A stretch of 64,000 bases of DNA from NCBI GenBank assembly GCA_020148055.1, contig JAHCRF010000001.1, positions 71,257 through 135,256 on the forward strand, in the 5' to 3' direction. The stretch comes from Patescibacteria group bacterium (GTDB taxonomy: Bacteria > Patescibacteriota > Minisyncoccia > Minisyncoccales > JAHCRE01). Shown here piece after piece: positions 19,709 through 30,100 of the stretch (the first letter of the stretch is position 1; the number at the start of each line of letters is the position of its first letter). Both the position numbers and the translations under genes were made by a program. Below the pieces are notes generated by a model. It was not told the origin of the DNA, searched no databases, and worked only from the letters and a program-made list of their open reading frames with translations.

Positions 19709-21225
19709 GATTTTAAAATGTAGGGTAAATTTCTTTTCCCTTTTGCCTTTTGATACTTTCTTAAAATCAAATCAATTTTTGATTTTTTTATTCTAAATTT
19801 CTTTTCAATTTCTTTTTTTGAAATTTTTAAATCCTCAATAGCAGATAAAACCGTGTCAATTTCCAAATAAAAGGCTCCGATTTCTCCTTCATCTGTCTGA
19901 CCTTTCCATAGTTCAGGAGAAGGAGCTCTTTTGAGAATTTCATCTGTAATTTCTCTAAAGAAATTGGCTATTTGATAAACTTGGATTTTATAAAGATTAT
20001 TTATCGGTTCAACTCCTGAAACTCTATCTCCACCGATTGTAAAATATCCCAACCTTTCTTCACTTTTATCTTCACTCCCAATAACAATAGCACGCTTGAC
20101 AGCTGATAAATCAAATAAAATCCCCATTCTTTCTCTTGCCATTAAATTTCCTTTTCTGATTTTTATGTTCCCACCTTTAAATTTTTTTAGAATTTTCCAG
20201 CTTAGATCAACCTGTTTATTTATTGGAATAGTAATTAAATTTTCTTTTGGCAATTTTAAATTTCTTGCCAATTTTTCAGCTAAAATTAGGCTTTCTTTTG
20301 AAGAAATTCCCAAGTAAGGCATTCTTAAAAAATAGACATTTTTTGGACCTAAAGCCTTAACTGCCAAAGTGGCAGCCAAGGCAGAGTCAATTCCTCCTGA
20401 TACTCCAATCACTGCTTTTTTGAAATGATATTTTTTAAAATAATTTCTTATCTCTTTAATTTTTTTCCCTGTAATCTCTCTGATTTTTTTCTGGGTAAAT
20501 CTTAAATGAGGAGGAATTTTTTCAAAATCAATGTAAGAAGCTCCTCTTGCTTCGTTCAAAAATCTCTCCTTCTTTAGAAAATAGGTTTTTCTTGGCATAT
20601 TTGGAGTAGTATATAATTTTTTTTCTTTAATATACTTTAGCACCTTTTCTGGCACCAAAGAAGTTAAATTTTTACCCTTCCTTATTCTTTCTCGAATTTT
20701 AGTAGCTGAAATCGGTATGTTTAAATTTACTTTTATTATCTTTTTAAAAGCTTTTTTTGATTTTTCTTTAAATTTTTTAGGAAGCTTTTTTAAATTAAAT
20801 TGGTGCCAAGATCTAGTAAAAACAATAAATTGAGCTAAATCTAAAATTTTTAAATCTCCTTTCCACTTCCCTTCAATAATTTCTCTTAAGGAATCTTCTC
20901 CAATTAACCAAAAAATTTGGCAGTTTCTCAACTTTTTTCTAAAAAATTTGAGTGTTTCAATAGTGAAACATTTTTTCTTTTTTCTTATCTCATAATCTGA
21001 AACTTCAAAATAAGGCCTTCTTTCAATTAAAAGCTTAGTCATCAAAAATCTATCTTTAGCTGAAGGCATTTTTTCTTTCTTCAAAGGAGGAACACCCGAA
21101 GGTAAAAAAATAATTTTTTCTAAATTAAGTTTCTTAAGGGCAGTTTCGGCTAAGATTAAATGGCCAAAATGGGGAGGATTGAGAGCTCCTCCTAATATCC
21201 CGATTTTTGAAATTTTTCTTTCCAT
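19705..21225 (-). CDS. nadD-nadE: Fusion of nicotinate-nucleotide adenylyltransferase (NadD) and NH3-dependent NAD synthetase (NadE)
   Basis: N-terminal half GGALNPPHFGH and ISATKIR; C-terminal half GVSGGIDS, GNLMARERM, GYFTIGGD, APSPELWKGQTDE. Confidence 0.88.
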   Translation of the reverse strand: MERKISKIGILGGALNPPHFGHLILAETALKKLNLEKIIFLPSGVPPLKKEKMPSAKDRFLMTKLLIERRPYFEVSDYEIRKKKKCFTIETLKFFRKKLRNCQIFWLIGEDSLREIIEGKWKGDLKILDLAQFIVFTRSWHQFNLKKLPKKFKEKSKKAFKKIIKVNLNIPISATKIRERIRKGKNLTSLVPEKVLKYIKEKKLYTTPNMPRKTYFLKKERFLNEARGASYIDFEKIPPHLRFTQKKIREITGKKIKEIRNYFKKYHFKKAVIGVSGGIDSALAATLAVKALGPKNVYFLRMPYLGISSKESLILAEKLARNLKLPKENLITIPINKQVDLSWKILKKFKGGNIKIRKGNLMARERMGILFDLSAVKRAIVIGSEDKSEERLGYFTIGGDRVSGVEPINNLYKIQVYQIANFFREITDEILKRAPSPELWKGQTDEGEIGAFYLEIDTVLSAIEDLKISKKEIEKKFRIKKSKIDLILRKYQKAKGKRNLPYILKS

Positions 21226-21229
21226 TCTT

Positions 21230-21243
21230 TTATTATATAATAA
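21230..21243. promoter_or_regulatory. Overlapping divergent -10 boxes for nadD-nadE and ligA
   Basis: 14-bp palindrome TTATTATATAATAA gives TATAAT on both strands within a 27-bp intergenic gap. Confidence 0.6.
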
Positions 21244-21252
21244 TTTATAGAT

Positions 21253-23283
21253 ATGGCTAAGAAATTATCGAAAACTGAGGCCAGAAAGAGGATAGAAAAA
21301 TTGAGAAAGGAGATTCAGCATCACGATTATTTATATTATGTTCTTAATAAACCTGAAATTTCAGATGCGGCTTACGATTCATTGAAGAGAGAATTAATCG
21401 AATTAGAAGAACAATTCCCTGAGTTTATTACCCCCGATTCCCCCACCCAAAGAGTTGGGGGAGCCCCTTTGGAGAAGTTTGAAAAAGTAAAACATAGAAT
21501 TCCAATGCTTACTCTACAGGATGCCATGGATGAAAAAGAATTACTTGATTGGCAGGGAAGGATTAAAAAATTGATGACTCCATCTGAAATTGAAAAATTA
21601 GATTATTTTGCTGAATTGAAAATGGACGGATTAGCTACTTCTTTAATTTACAAAAATGGAATGTTGTTTAGGGCAGCGACCAGGGGTGATGGCTTTACCG
21701 GAGAAGATATCACCCAAAATGTCAGAACAATAAAATGTATTCCCTTAAAATTGAGATTAGAAGAATTACCAAAAAAATATAAAATTCCAAAAGAGATTGA
21801 GATTCGTGGTGAAATTTATATGTCAAAAAAGGCCTTTTTGGAATTAAATAAGGAGCAAAAGAAAAAGGGACAAGGAACTTTTGCCAATCCTCGAAATGCT
21901 GCTGCTGGCTCAGCTAGGCAATTGAATCCCGAGGTTACAGCTGTTAGAAAATTAGGTTTTTCCGGCTATCAATTGGTAACAAATCTTGGTCAAAAAACTC
22001 ATCAGGAATCCCATCAATTAATCAGACTTTTAGGAATTCCCGAGAACCCTTTTAACAGATATTGTAGAAATTTAGGAGAGGTGATAAAACTCCACCAAAG
22101 AATTTCGAAAGAAAGAGATAAATTACCCTATGAGATTGATGGGATTGTTATCGATGTTAATAATGATAATTTATATAAAAAATTAGGAATAGTTGGGAGA
22201 ACTCCTCGAGGCGGAATAGCTTATAAATTCCCAGGGATAGAGGCTACGACTAAAGTTAAAGAAATCATCGTTCAAGTAGGAAGAACCGGAAAATTAACCC
22301 CGGTAGCTATTTTAAAACCAATCAAGCTGGGAGGAGTAACTATTTCCAGGGCTACTTTACATAATGCCGATGAAATTGAAAGATTAGGAGTAAAAATTGG
22401 AGACACGGTAATTATTCAACGGGCTGGAGATGTCATTCCCGAAGTGATTAGAGTTTTACCTTCTCTAAGAACTGGAAAAGAAAAAAGATTTAGAATGCCC
22501 CCAAAATGTCCATTTTGTGGAACAAAGATTATCAGAGAACCAGGAGAGGTTGATTATTATTGTCAAAATAAAAAATGCTTTGCTGCTATTAAAAGGTACT
22601 TTTACCATTTTGTTTCAAAGAAAGCCTTTGATATTGAACATTTGGGACCAAAAATTATAGATCAACTTTTAGACGAAGGTTTAATAAAAAGTCCTGCTGA
22701 TATATTCTTATTAGAAAAGGGAGACTTAATCCCTTTGGAAAGATTTGCTGAAAAATCTGCAAAAAATTTGATTGTAGCTATTCAGTCAAGAAAGGAAATT
22801 ACTTTAGCAAAATTCATTTATGCTTTGGGAATTAGAAATGTTGGAGAAGAAACCTCTCAAGATGTAGCAGAATATTTTGGAAGTTTAGAAGGCCTAAAGA
22901 ATGCTTCTTTAGAAGATTTGCAAGAGATTGCAGATATTGGCCCGGTGGTAGCTAAATCAATAAATCTGTGGTTTCGCCAGAAAAGAAATCTTAAATTTTT
23001 AGGAAAATTAGAGAAATCGGGAGTAAAAATTATTACTCAGAAAAAAACAAAATTCCAGCCCTTCAAAGGTAAAACTTTTATTTTAACTGGTGCTTTAGAA
23101 ACAATGACCAGAGATGAGGCTAAGGCAAAAATTAGATTGTTAGGAGGAAAAATTTCTGAATTAGTTTCAAGAAGAACCGATTTTGTTATAGTGGGCAAGG
23201 AACCCGGCTCAAAATATGAAATTGCTAAAAAGCTTGGCATAAAAATTGTCAAAGAAAAAGAATTTTTAGAAATGCTCAAATAA
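21253..23283 (+). CDS. ligA: NAD-dependent DNA ligase
   Basis: ELKMDG, TRGDG, FANPRNAAAGS, VGRTG, zinc finger, HhH and BRCT domains. Confidence 0.97.
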   Translation: MAKKLSKTEARKRIEKLRKEIQHHDYLYYVLNKPEISDAAYDSLKRELIELEEQFPEFITPDSPTQRVGGAPLEKFEKVKHRIPMLTLQDAMDEKELLDWQGRIKKLMTPSEIEKLDYFAELKMDGLATSLIYKNGMLFRAATRGDGFTGEDITQNVRTIKCIPLKLRLEELPKKYKIPKEIEIRGEIYMSKKAFLELNKEQKKKGQGTFANPRNAAAGSARQLNPEVTAVRKLGFSGYQLVTNLGQKTHQESHQLIRLLGIPENPFNRYCRNLGEVIKLHQRISKERDKLPYEIDGIVIDVNNDNLYKKLGIVGRTPRGGIAYKFPGIEATTKVKEIIVQVGRTGKLTPVAILKPIKLGGVTISRATLHNADEIERLGVKIGDTVIIQRAGDVIPEVIRVLPSLRTGKEKRFRMPPKCPFCGTKIIREPGEVDYYCQNKKCFAAIKRYFYHFVSKKAFDIEHLGPKIIDQLLDEGLIKSPADIFLLEKGDLIPLERFAEKSAKNLIVAIQSRKEITLAKFIYALGIRNVGEETSQDVAEYFGSLEGLKNASLEDLQEIADIGPVVAKSINLWFRQKRNLKFLGKLEKSGVKIITQKKTKFQPFKGKTFILTGALETMTRDEAKAKIRLLGGKISELVSRRTDFVIVGKEPGSKYEIAKKLGIKIVKEKEFLEMLK

Positions 23284-23338
23284 ACTTGTTTAAACTTACA
23301 CTCAAAAATCGCTTAAAATTGAATTTTTAACTTAGAGC

Positions 23339-24427
23339 ATGACCCTTCTTACCCATCTTAAAAGATTAGATTGGATTTTAATTATTACTGTATTTTTGTT
23401 AGTTGTGATTGGTCTTTTCTCTATTTATAGTTCTTCTTTAGCTAAGAGAGATTTTTTGAACTTGAAAAAACAAATTATTTTTTTGATAATTTCATTTTTT
23501 TTGATGATATTTTTTAGTTTTTTTGATTGGCGGATCTTTCGAGAAAATCCCTATTTAATTTTATTTCTTTATTTTTTTTGTTTGGCCAGTTTAATTGGTC
23601 TATTTTTTTTCGCTCCAGAGATTAAAGGGGCGAAGGGCTGGTATAAATTAGGCCCTGTTTCAATTGATCCAATCGAATTTACCAAAATTATTTTAATAAT
23701 TTTATTAGCTAAATATTTTTCAATGAGGCATGTCGAGATGTATCGAATAGGCCACATTTTGATTTCCGGATTTTATATGATAATTCCAGCTATCTTGATT
23801 TTCTTTCAGCCGGATTTAGGATCAGTTCTAATCTTAGTTATCTTATGGGTTGGAATTTTAATTATTTCTGGAATAAAAATTCGCCATTTTTTGATTCTCA
23901 GTCTTTTTTCTCTTTTAATTCTAATTTTAATTTGGTCTTTTTTCCTCAAGGATTATCAAAGACAAAGGATCATCAGCTTTTTCCAGCCGAGAATTGAGCC
24001 TTTAGGAACTAGCTGGAGCGGAATTCAGGCAAAAATTGCCATAGGAGCAGGTTCGATCTTTGGGCAAGGTATTGGTAAAGGTTCCCAAGTTCAACTGGGT
24101 TTTCTACCCGAACCTCAGACCGATTTTATTTTTTCAGCCATTGCTGAAGAAATGGGAATGCTTGGGATTGGATCTGCGTTTTTTTTATTTTCTTTTTTAG
24201 TTTGGCGAATTTTGAAAATTGCAATGTCTTCTCAATCTAATTTTTCTCGTCTTTTCGCCTCGGGTTTAGCTATTCTTTTAGTTTCTCAAATTTTCATTCA
24301 TATTGGCATGAATCTTGGAATTCTACCAATCATCGGTATTCCTTTACCCCTAATAAGCTATGGGGGAAGTAGCTTGATTAGTAATTTTATCAGTTTGGGT
24401 ATCTTGCAGAGTTTTAAGACTTATTAA
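23339..24427 (+). CDS. rodA: SEDS family peptidoglycan polymerase, RodA-like
   Basis: Multi-TM; QPDLGS, LPEPQTDFIFS, GIPLPLISYGGSS. Confidence 0.85.
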   Translation: MTLLTHLKRLDWILIITVFLLVVIGLFSIYSSSLAKRDFLNLKKQIIFLIISFFLMIFFSFFDWRIFRENPYLILFLYFFCLASLIGLFFFAPEIKGAKGWYKLGPVSIDPIEFTKIILIILLAKYFSMRHVEMYRIGHILISGFYMIIPAILIFFQPDLGSVLILVILWVGILIISGIKIRHFLILSLFSLLILILIWSFFLKDYQRQRIISFFQPRIEPLGTSWSGIQAKIAIGAGSIFGQGIGKGSQVQLGFLPEPQTDFIFSAIAEEMGMLGIGSAFFLFSFLVWRILKIAMSSQSNFSRLFASGLAILLVSQIFIHIGMNLGILPIIGIPLPLISYGGSSLISNFISLGILQSFKTY

Positions 24428-24487
24428 AACCTACTTGATTTAAAATTATAAATCGTTATAATTTAATTAATTCTTAATTTTTTGATG

Positions 24488-24526
24488 GTTCGGCTTTGCT
24501 CACGATTAATCCTGAGCCTGCCGAAC
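24488..24526. repeat. REP-like imperfect palindrome upstream of the TPR gene
   Basis: GTTCGGC/GCCGAAC and GCTCA/TGAGC stems, GC-rich in an AT-rich context. Confidence 0.55.
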
Positions 24527-24541
24527 GGATTGATTTTTAAT

Positions 24542-26866
24542 ATGAAGATTTCATTCAAAACTCGATCTATTAAAATAGCCAATCTTTGCCAAAAAATTAG
24601 CAAGATCATAATTTACTCTTTAACATTTCTATTGCCAATCTTTTTTTTACCTTTGACCTTAGATGTTCTTGATTTTAATAAACAAATATTGCTAATTATT
24701 TTGGTTTCTCTTGCTCTTTTGTTTTGGCTAGTAAAGATTTTAATCTCAGATAAAGTTGAGTTTAATTTTAGTTTTCTGAACGTCCCGGTTTTAATTTTTT
24801 TCCTAATCTACGGCTTTTCGACAATTTTTTCTCAATGGTCCTACGGGAGTTTTTGGGGTTGGCCGCTCAATATTAGTCAAGGTTTTTTAACCTTACTTTA
24901 TTTTCTGGTTTTCTATGTTTTGATTGCAAATATTTTTACTAAAAAAAGAGATATCTTCCGGCTTCTCTTTCTTTTTGTTATCTCCGGAGCTTTAGTGGCT
25001 TTATTCTCAATCTTCCAAATTTTTGGTAAATTCCTTCTGCCTTGGAATTTTGCTAAACTTACTTCTTTTAATACTATCGGAACCCTGAATTCCCTTTCAA
25101 TATTTATAGCTTTTCTTTTACCTTTAGCGATTTCCCTAACCTTTTTAGCTGAAAGACTAATTAAGCGAATATTAATAATTTCTCTCTTTATTTTCTTATT
25201 TTTGCTTATTTTGGTTAATTTTTGGACAGCCTGGATAGTTTTAATTTCAGGTACTTTAATTCTTTTTATTTTTGGTATTTTCAATCTTAGAGAAACCGGG
25301 CAGATTGATTTAATCTGGCTGCCAATGCTCCTTTTAATTATTAGCCTTTTCTTTTTAGTCTTTAGAATTTCTTTAGTTCAAATTCCAATTGAAATCTCAC
25401 CAACTCAGAGAACAGAATTGGGTATTGCCAAAAGTGTTTTGTCTAAAAATTTCTTTCTGGGAACAGGTCCTACGACCTTTATTTTTAGTTATTTAAAATT
25501 TAAGCCAATTGAGATAAACCAGACAGTTTTTTGGAACATTAGATTTACCAGTGGGGCGTCGGAAGTCCTTGATAAATTAATAACCACTGGAGTTTTAGGG
25601 ATTTCTGCTCTATTTTTTATTTTTGGAGTATTTTTTTGGTTAGGCTTGAGATATTTAAAGGGAAAAACCGCTTTTTCGAAAGGGGACAAAGATTCACTAC
25701 TTCCTTTAGGAGTTTTTTCCAGTTTCTTCGGTTTGGTTTTTAGCCAATTTCTTTATTCAGCCAATCTTACTTGGCTATTTTTCTTTTGGTTGTTATTGGG
25801 AGTTTTTATTGCCCTTTTTCCTAAAATAAAAAGCCGGGTTTTTAAATCTCTTCCTTTAGTTCTGGTAGGTCTTTGTGTGTTAATTTTTCTCTTAGGAATA
25901 GGACTTTCTTTTGTTGGGTTTGGGCATCATCTTGCTGAGATGAAATATCTTCAGGGGTTGAAAGCTTGGGAGCAGGGTCAGAGTGGACAAGCAATTGATT
26001 ATTTAAAAAAGGCAATTGATTTAAATCCTGGTTTAGATAGTTATTGGCGAGATCTCTCTCAGCTTTATTTAGTTAGACTAAATGAGATTTTACCCAAAGA
26101 AGATTTACCACCAGAGGCGATTGGAAATTTAATCAATAACCTTTTAGATTCTTCAAGAAAGGCGACTGAGCTTTCTCCAAAAAATGTGAGTAATTGGAAT
26201 GTCAGGGCATTTATCTATCAAAATTTGGCTGGTCTAGTTAAAGGAGCCGAAGATTGGGCTATTACTAATTATCAAAAAGCTGCAGACCTTGAGCCCAAAA
26301 ATCCCTATATTTTTACTGAGATTGGCAAAATTTATCTTAGTAAAGCAGATATTTCTGCCCAATTGGAAAATGAGGAGGAAATGACTAAAAATTTAGCTCA
26401 GGCCCAAGAGAATTTTCAAAAAGCTCTGGAATTAAAATCAGATTACGCCCCTGCCCATTTCCAAATCGCCATGATCTATGTTAGAGAGGGTAAAACAAGA
26501 GAGGCGATTGAGAAGTTAGAAGCAACAAAATTAGTTACTCCCTTTAATGACATCGGTTTGGCTTTCCAGCTTGGACTTTTATATTACAATGATAATCAGT
26601 CGAACAAAGCTTTGACCGAGTTTGAACGAGCAGTTAGTATTGATGAGAATTATTCCAATGCTCGTTATTTCTTAGGATTAATTCATGACCGGCAAGGAAA
26701 CCAAGATAAAGCCATTGAGCAATTTGAAAGAATTGAAGAATTAAATCCTGATAATCTGGCAGTGAAGAGGGTTTTAGCCAATTTAAGAGAGGGTTTACCG
26801 GCCCTAGAAGGAATTCAACCCCCAGAGCTACCAATTGAAGAAAGACCATCGGAGATAGAAAAATAA
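24542..26866 (+). CDS. Polytopic membrane protein (O-antigen-ligase-like) with C-terminal TPR repeats
   Basis: Many TM segments, FLGTGPTTF, followed by TPR-like helical repeats (AHFQIAMIY, ARYFLGLI). Confidence 0.7.
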   Translation: MKISFKTRSIKIANLCQKISKIIIYSLTFLLPIFFLPLTLDVLDFNKQILLIILVSLALLFWLVKILISDKVEFNFSFLNVPVLIFFLIYGFSTIFSQWSYGSFWGWPLNISQGFLTLLYFLVFYVLIANIFTKKRDIFRLLFLFVISGALVALFSIFQIFGKFLLPWNFAKLTSFNTIGTLNSLSIFIAFLLPLAISLTFLAERLIKRILIISLFIFLFLLILVNFWTAWIVLISGTLILFIFGIFNLRETGQIDLIWLPMLLLIISLFFLVFRISLVQIPIEISPTQRTELGIAKSVLSKNFFLGTGPTTFIFSYLKFKPIEINQTVFWNIRFTSGASEVLDKLITTGVLGISALFFIFGVFFWLGLRYLKGKTAFSKGDKDSLLPLGVFSSFFGLVFSQFLYSANLTWLFFFWLLLGVFIALFPKIKSRVFKSLPLVLVGLCVLIFLLGIGLSFVGFGHHLAEMKYLQGLKAWEQGQSGQAIDYLKKAIDLNPGLDSYWRDLSQLYLVRLNEILPKEDLPPEAIGNLINNLLDSSRKATELSPKNVSNWNVRAFIYQNLAGLVKGAEDWAITNYQKAADLEPKNPYIFTEIGKIYLSKADISAQLENEEEMTKNLAQAQENFQKALELKSDYAPAHFQIAMIYVREGKTREAIEKLEATKLVTPFNDIGLAFQLGLLYYNDNQSNKALTEFERAVSIDENYSNARYFLGLIHDRQGNQDKAIEQFERIEELNPDNLAVKRVLANLREGLPALEGIQPPELPIEERPSEIEK

Positions 26867-26884
26867 AAAGTTTAAAGTGGGGGC

Positions 26885-27061
26885 TTGACCCCCCACCTAT
26901 TTTGCCGTTTAATCTACTGGCGGCACACTAAACGAATAGTTTGTCCTCCTAGGGGAGGACTGGGCTATTCGCCCACCGTGTGCCGCCTAAGTTAAACACA
27001 CTTTTTCGTCGTATTTCTATAAAAAGATGAGTTGAGAAACAAAATAGGTGGGAGGGTTGAC
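26885..27061. ncRNA. Long rod-shaped structured element upstream of rpoB (6S-like RNA or MITE)
   Basis: Nested stems 26892-26904/27040-27052, 26907-12/26992-97, 26919-28/26978-87, 26933-39/26965-71 and 26943-49/26954-60; TTGAC at both ends. Confidence 0.55.
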
Positions 27062-27084
27062 AAATCTTTAATTAGGAGTAAAAT
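27057..27084 (+). promoter_or_regulatory. sigma70-type promoter for rpoBC
   Basis: TTGACA-16 nt-TAAAAT. Confidence 0.6.
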
Positions 27085-27177
27085 TAAAAATATCCAATTA
27101 AATTTTTTCTCATTTTTTTTAATTTTAATTTGCCCTAAGAATAAAATAGAGGGTGATTTTAAATTTAATTCCTGAAA

Positions 27178-30100
27178 ATGAAGTTTAAAGATTTTTCAAA
27201 ATCAAAAATTTCCCTACCCTTACCTTATTTACTCTCGATTCAAAGAGAAAGCTGGCAGAGATTTTGGGAAAGAGATTTAAAAGAACTCTTTTCAGAAATA
27301 TCGCCCATTCAAGATTATACCGGAAAGGAGTTAGAACTCTGGTTTTTAGACTATAAATTGGATGAGCCCAAATATAAAACTACCTTGGAAGCTAAGGAGA
27401 ATAATGATTCTTATGAAGCAGCCTTGCGGGCTAGAGTAAGATTAGTCAATCTCAAAACAAAAGAAATTAAAGAACAAGAAGTCTTTTTAACCGATTTCCC
27501 CTTAATGACCAAGAGAGGAACTTTTATTGTTAACGGGATAGAAAGAGTAGTTATTTCTCAGCTTATTCGTTCCCCCGGCGCCTTTTTTACTTCTCAGATA
27601 ATTAGAGGTGAAACTCATTTTGGAGCAAAAATTATTCCTAATCGGGGAGCTTGGCTTGAATTTGGAACTGAAGCCTCCGGTTTTATTGGAGTTAAGATTG
27701 ACCGAAAGAGAAAAGTAGCAGCTACTACTTTATTGAGAGCTTTCGGAATTGATCAAGATGAAAAAATTCTAGAGATCTTCCAAGATATTGATAACAATCC
27801 AGAAATTAACTATATTTCAGAGACAATAAAAAGAGACCCTACTAAAAATCAAGCCGAAGCCTTAATTGAAGTCTATCAGCATCTAAGACCAGGAGATTTA
27901 ACAACCGCTGAGACAGCTAGAGAGTTGATTGAAAACATGTTTTTTAATTTTGAAAGATATGATTTGTCAAAAGTAGGGAGATGGCGAATGTGGCAGAGAC
28001 TACCGGAATTGAAAAAATCCAAAATCCAAAAGGGGCCCACGAAAGTGGGAGGGCGGTCGGGACGCGAGGCCTTCCCGCGGAACGGGAGGCCCCGTCCTTG
28101 GGTGGGTTGGAGTCCAAAATCCAAAACTAAAAAGCCAAAGCTAGAAGAAGGAATCACCAGGTCAGATAGGGTTTTGCATCCCGAAGATATTGTGGCTGTT
28201 TTGAGAGAGATTATTAGATTAAATAATGACCCCGGGGGAAAACCCGATCAGATTGATCATTTGGGCAATCGGCGAGTAAGAACTTTAAATGAACTTTTAC
28301 AAAACCGATTAAGGGTAGGTTTAATGAGAATGGCCAGGATTATCAAAGACCGAATGGCTACTTTAGATATTTCCATCTTAACCCCGGTTCAATTGATTAA
28401 TTCCCGACCATTTATAGCGATAGTTAGGGAATTCTTTACCTCTTCTCAGCTTGCTCAGTTTATGGACAATGAGAATCCTCTTGCTGAATTAGAGCATAAA
28501 AGAAGACTATCAGCTACCGGACCAGGTGGTTTAACTCGAGAAAGAGCTGGGTTTGAGGTTAGAGATGTTCAACCATCCCATTATGGAAGGATTTGCCCTA
28601 TCCAAACTCCTGAAGGACCAAATGTTGGGTTAATTAATCATTTAGCTGGTTTTGCCCGAGTTAATCCTTATGGTTTTATTGAAACTCCTTATTTCAAGGT
28701 GAAAAATGGAAGGGTTACTTCAGAAATTTGTTATCTTAATGCCTATGAAGAAGAAAAGTATAATATTGCCCATGGAGGAGTACCAATCGATGAGAAAGGC
28801 AAAATTACCTCCAAAAAGGTTGAAGCTAGAGTAAAGGGTGAACCAGGAATAGTTGGTAGAGAAAAAGTTGATTTTTTCGACATCTCTCCTGCCCAATCAA
28901 TTTCTATCGCTACTTCTTGCATTCCTTTTTTACAAAATGATGATGCCAACCGAGCCTTAATGGGATCAAATATGCAAAGACAAGCTGTTCCTCTTCTCAG
29001 ACCAGGGGTTCCCCTAGTTATTACTGGAGCAGAAGAGAAGGTAGCTAGAGATTCTGGCCAGGAGATAATTGCCGAGGAAGAAGGGGTTGTTACCGAAGTC
29101 GATGCTAATCATATTAAAATTAGGGGTAAAAAGGGAGAAAAGAAATATCCTCTGCAAACTTTTATTCAGACCAATCAATTCACTTGTTTTCATCAAAGCC
29201 CCTTAGTTAAAAAAGGGAAGGTTGTTAAAAAAGGAGACATTTTAACTGATGGTGGAGGAATTTCTCAAGAACATTTAGCTTTAGGCCGAAATATTTTGGT
29301 TGCTTTTATGTCCTGGCGTGGAGGAACTTTTGAAGATGCAATTTTGATTTCTGAAAGATTGGTTAGAGATGATGCTTATACTTCAATTCATATTGAGGAT
29401 TTTAGTTGTGATGTTCGAGAAACCAAATTGGGACCGGAGATTACAACCTGTGATATTCCTAACGTTTCAGAAGAAAAATTGAGGAATTTAGATGAAGAAG
29501 GTTTAGTCAGAATTGGGGCTGAAGTTGGCCCAAATGATATCTTGGTTGGGAAGATTTCTCCAAAAGGAGAAGTTGATTTAACTGCTGAGGAAAGATTATT
29601 GAGAGCTATTTTTGGAGAGAAAGCTAGAGAAGTTAAAGATACCTCTTTATTAATGGAGCATGGTAAACAGGGGAGGGTAATTAATGTGAAGATTTTTTCT
29701 AGAGAATCGGGTCATAGACTTGACCCCGGAGTGATAAAAAGAATTGATGTTAAAGTAGCGGAGATTAGAAAAACTCAAGCCGGTGATAAATTAGCTGGTC
29801 GCCATGGGAATAAGGGAGTGATTTCTAAGGTTTTACCAATTGAAGATATGCCATTTTTAGAAGATGGAACTCCAGTCGATATTATTTTAAATCCTCTAAG
29901 CATTGCCTCGCGAATGAATATTGGTCAAGTTCTGGAAGCTCATTTAGGAAAAGCGGCCAAAAAATTGGGCTACATTGCTATTTCTCCGGCCTTAGCTGGA
30001 GTGACTGAGGAAGAGATTAAAGAAGAGCTTAGGAAGGCTGGATTACCAGAAGATGGAAAAGTCGCTCTTTATGATGGCCGAACCGGCCTACCTTTTTCCA

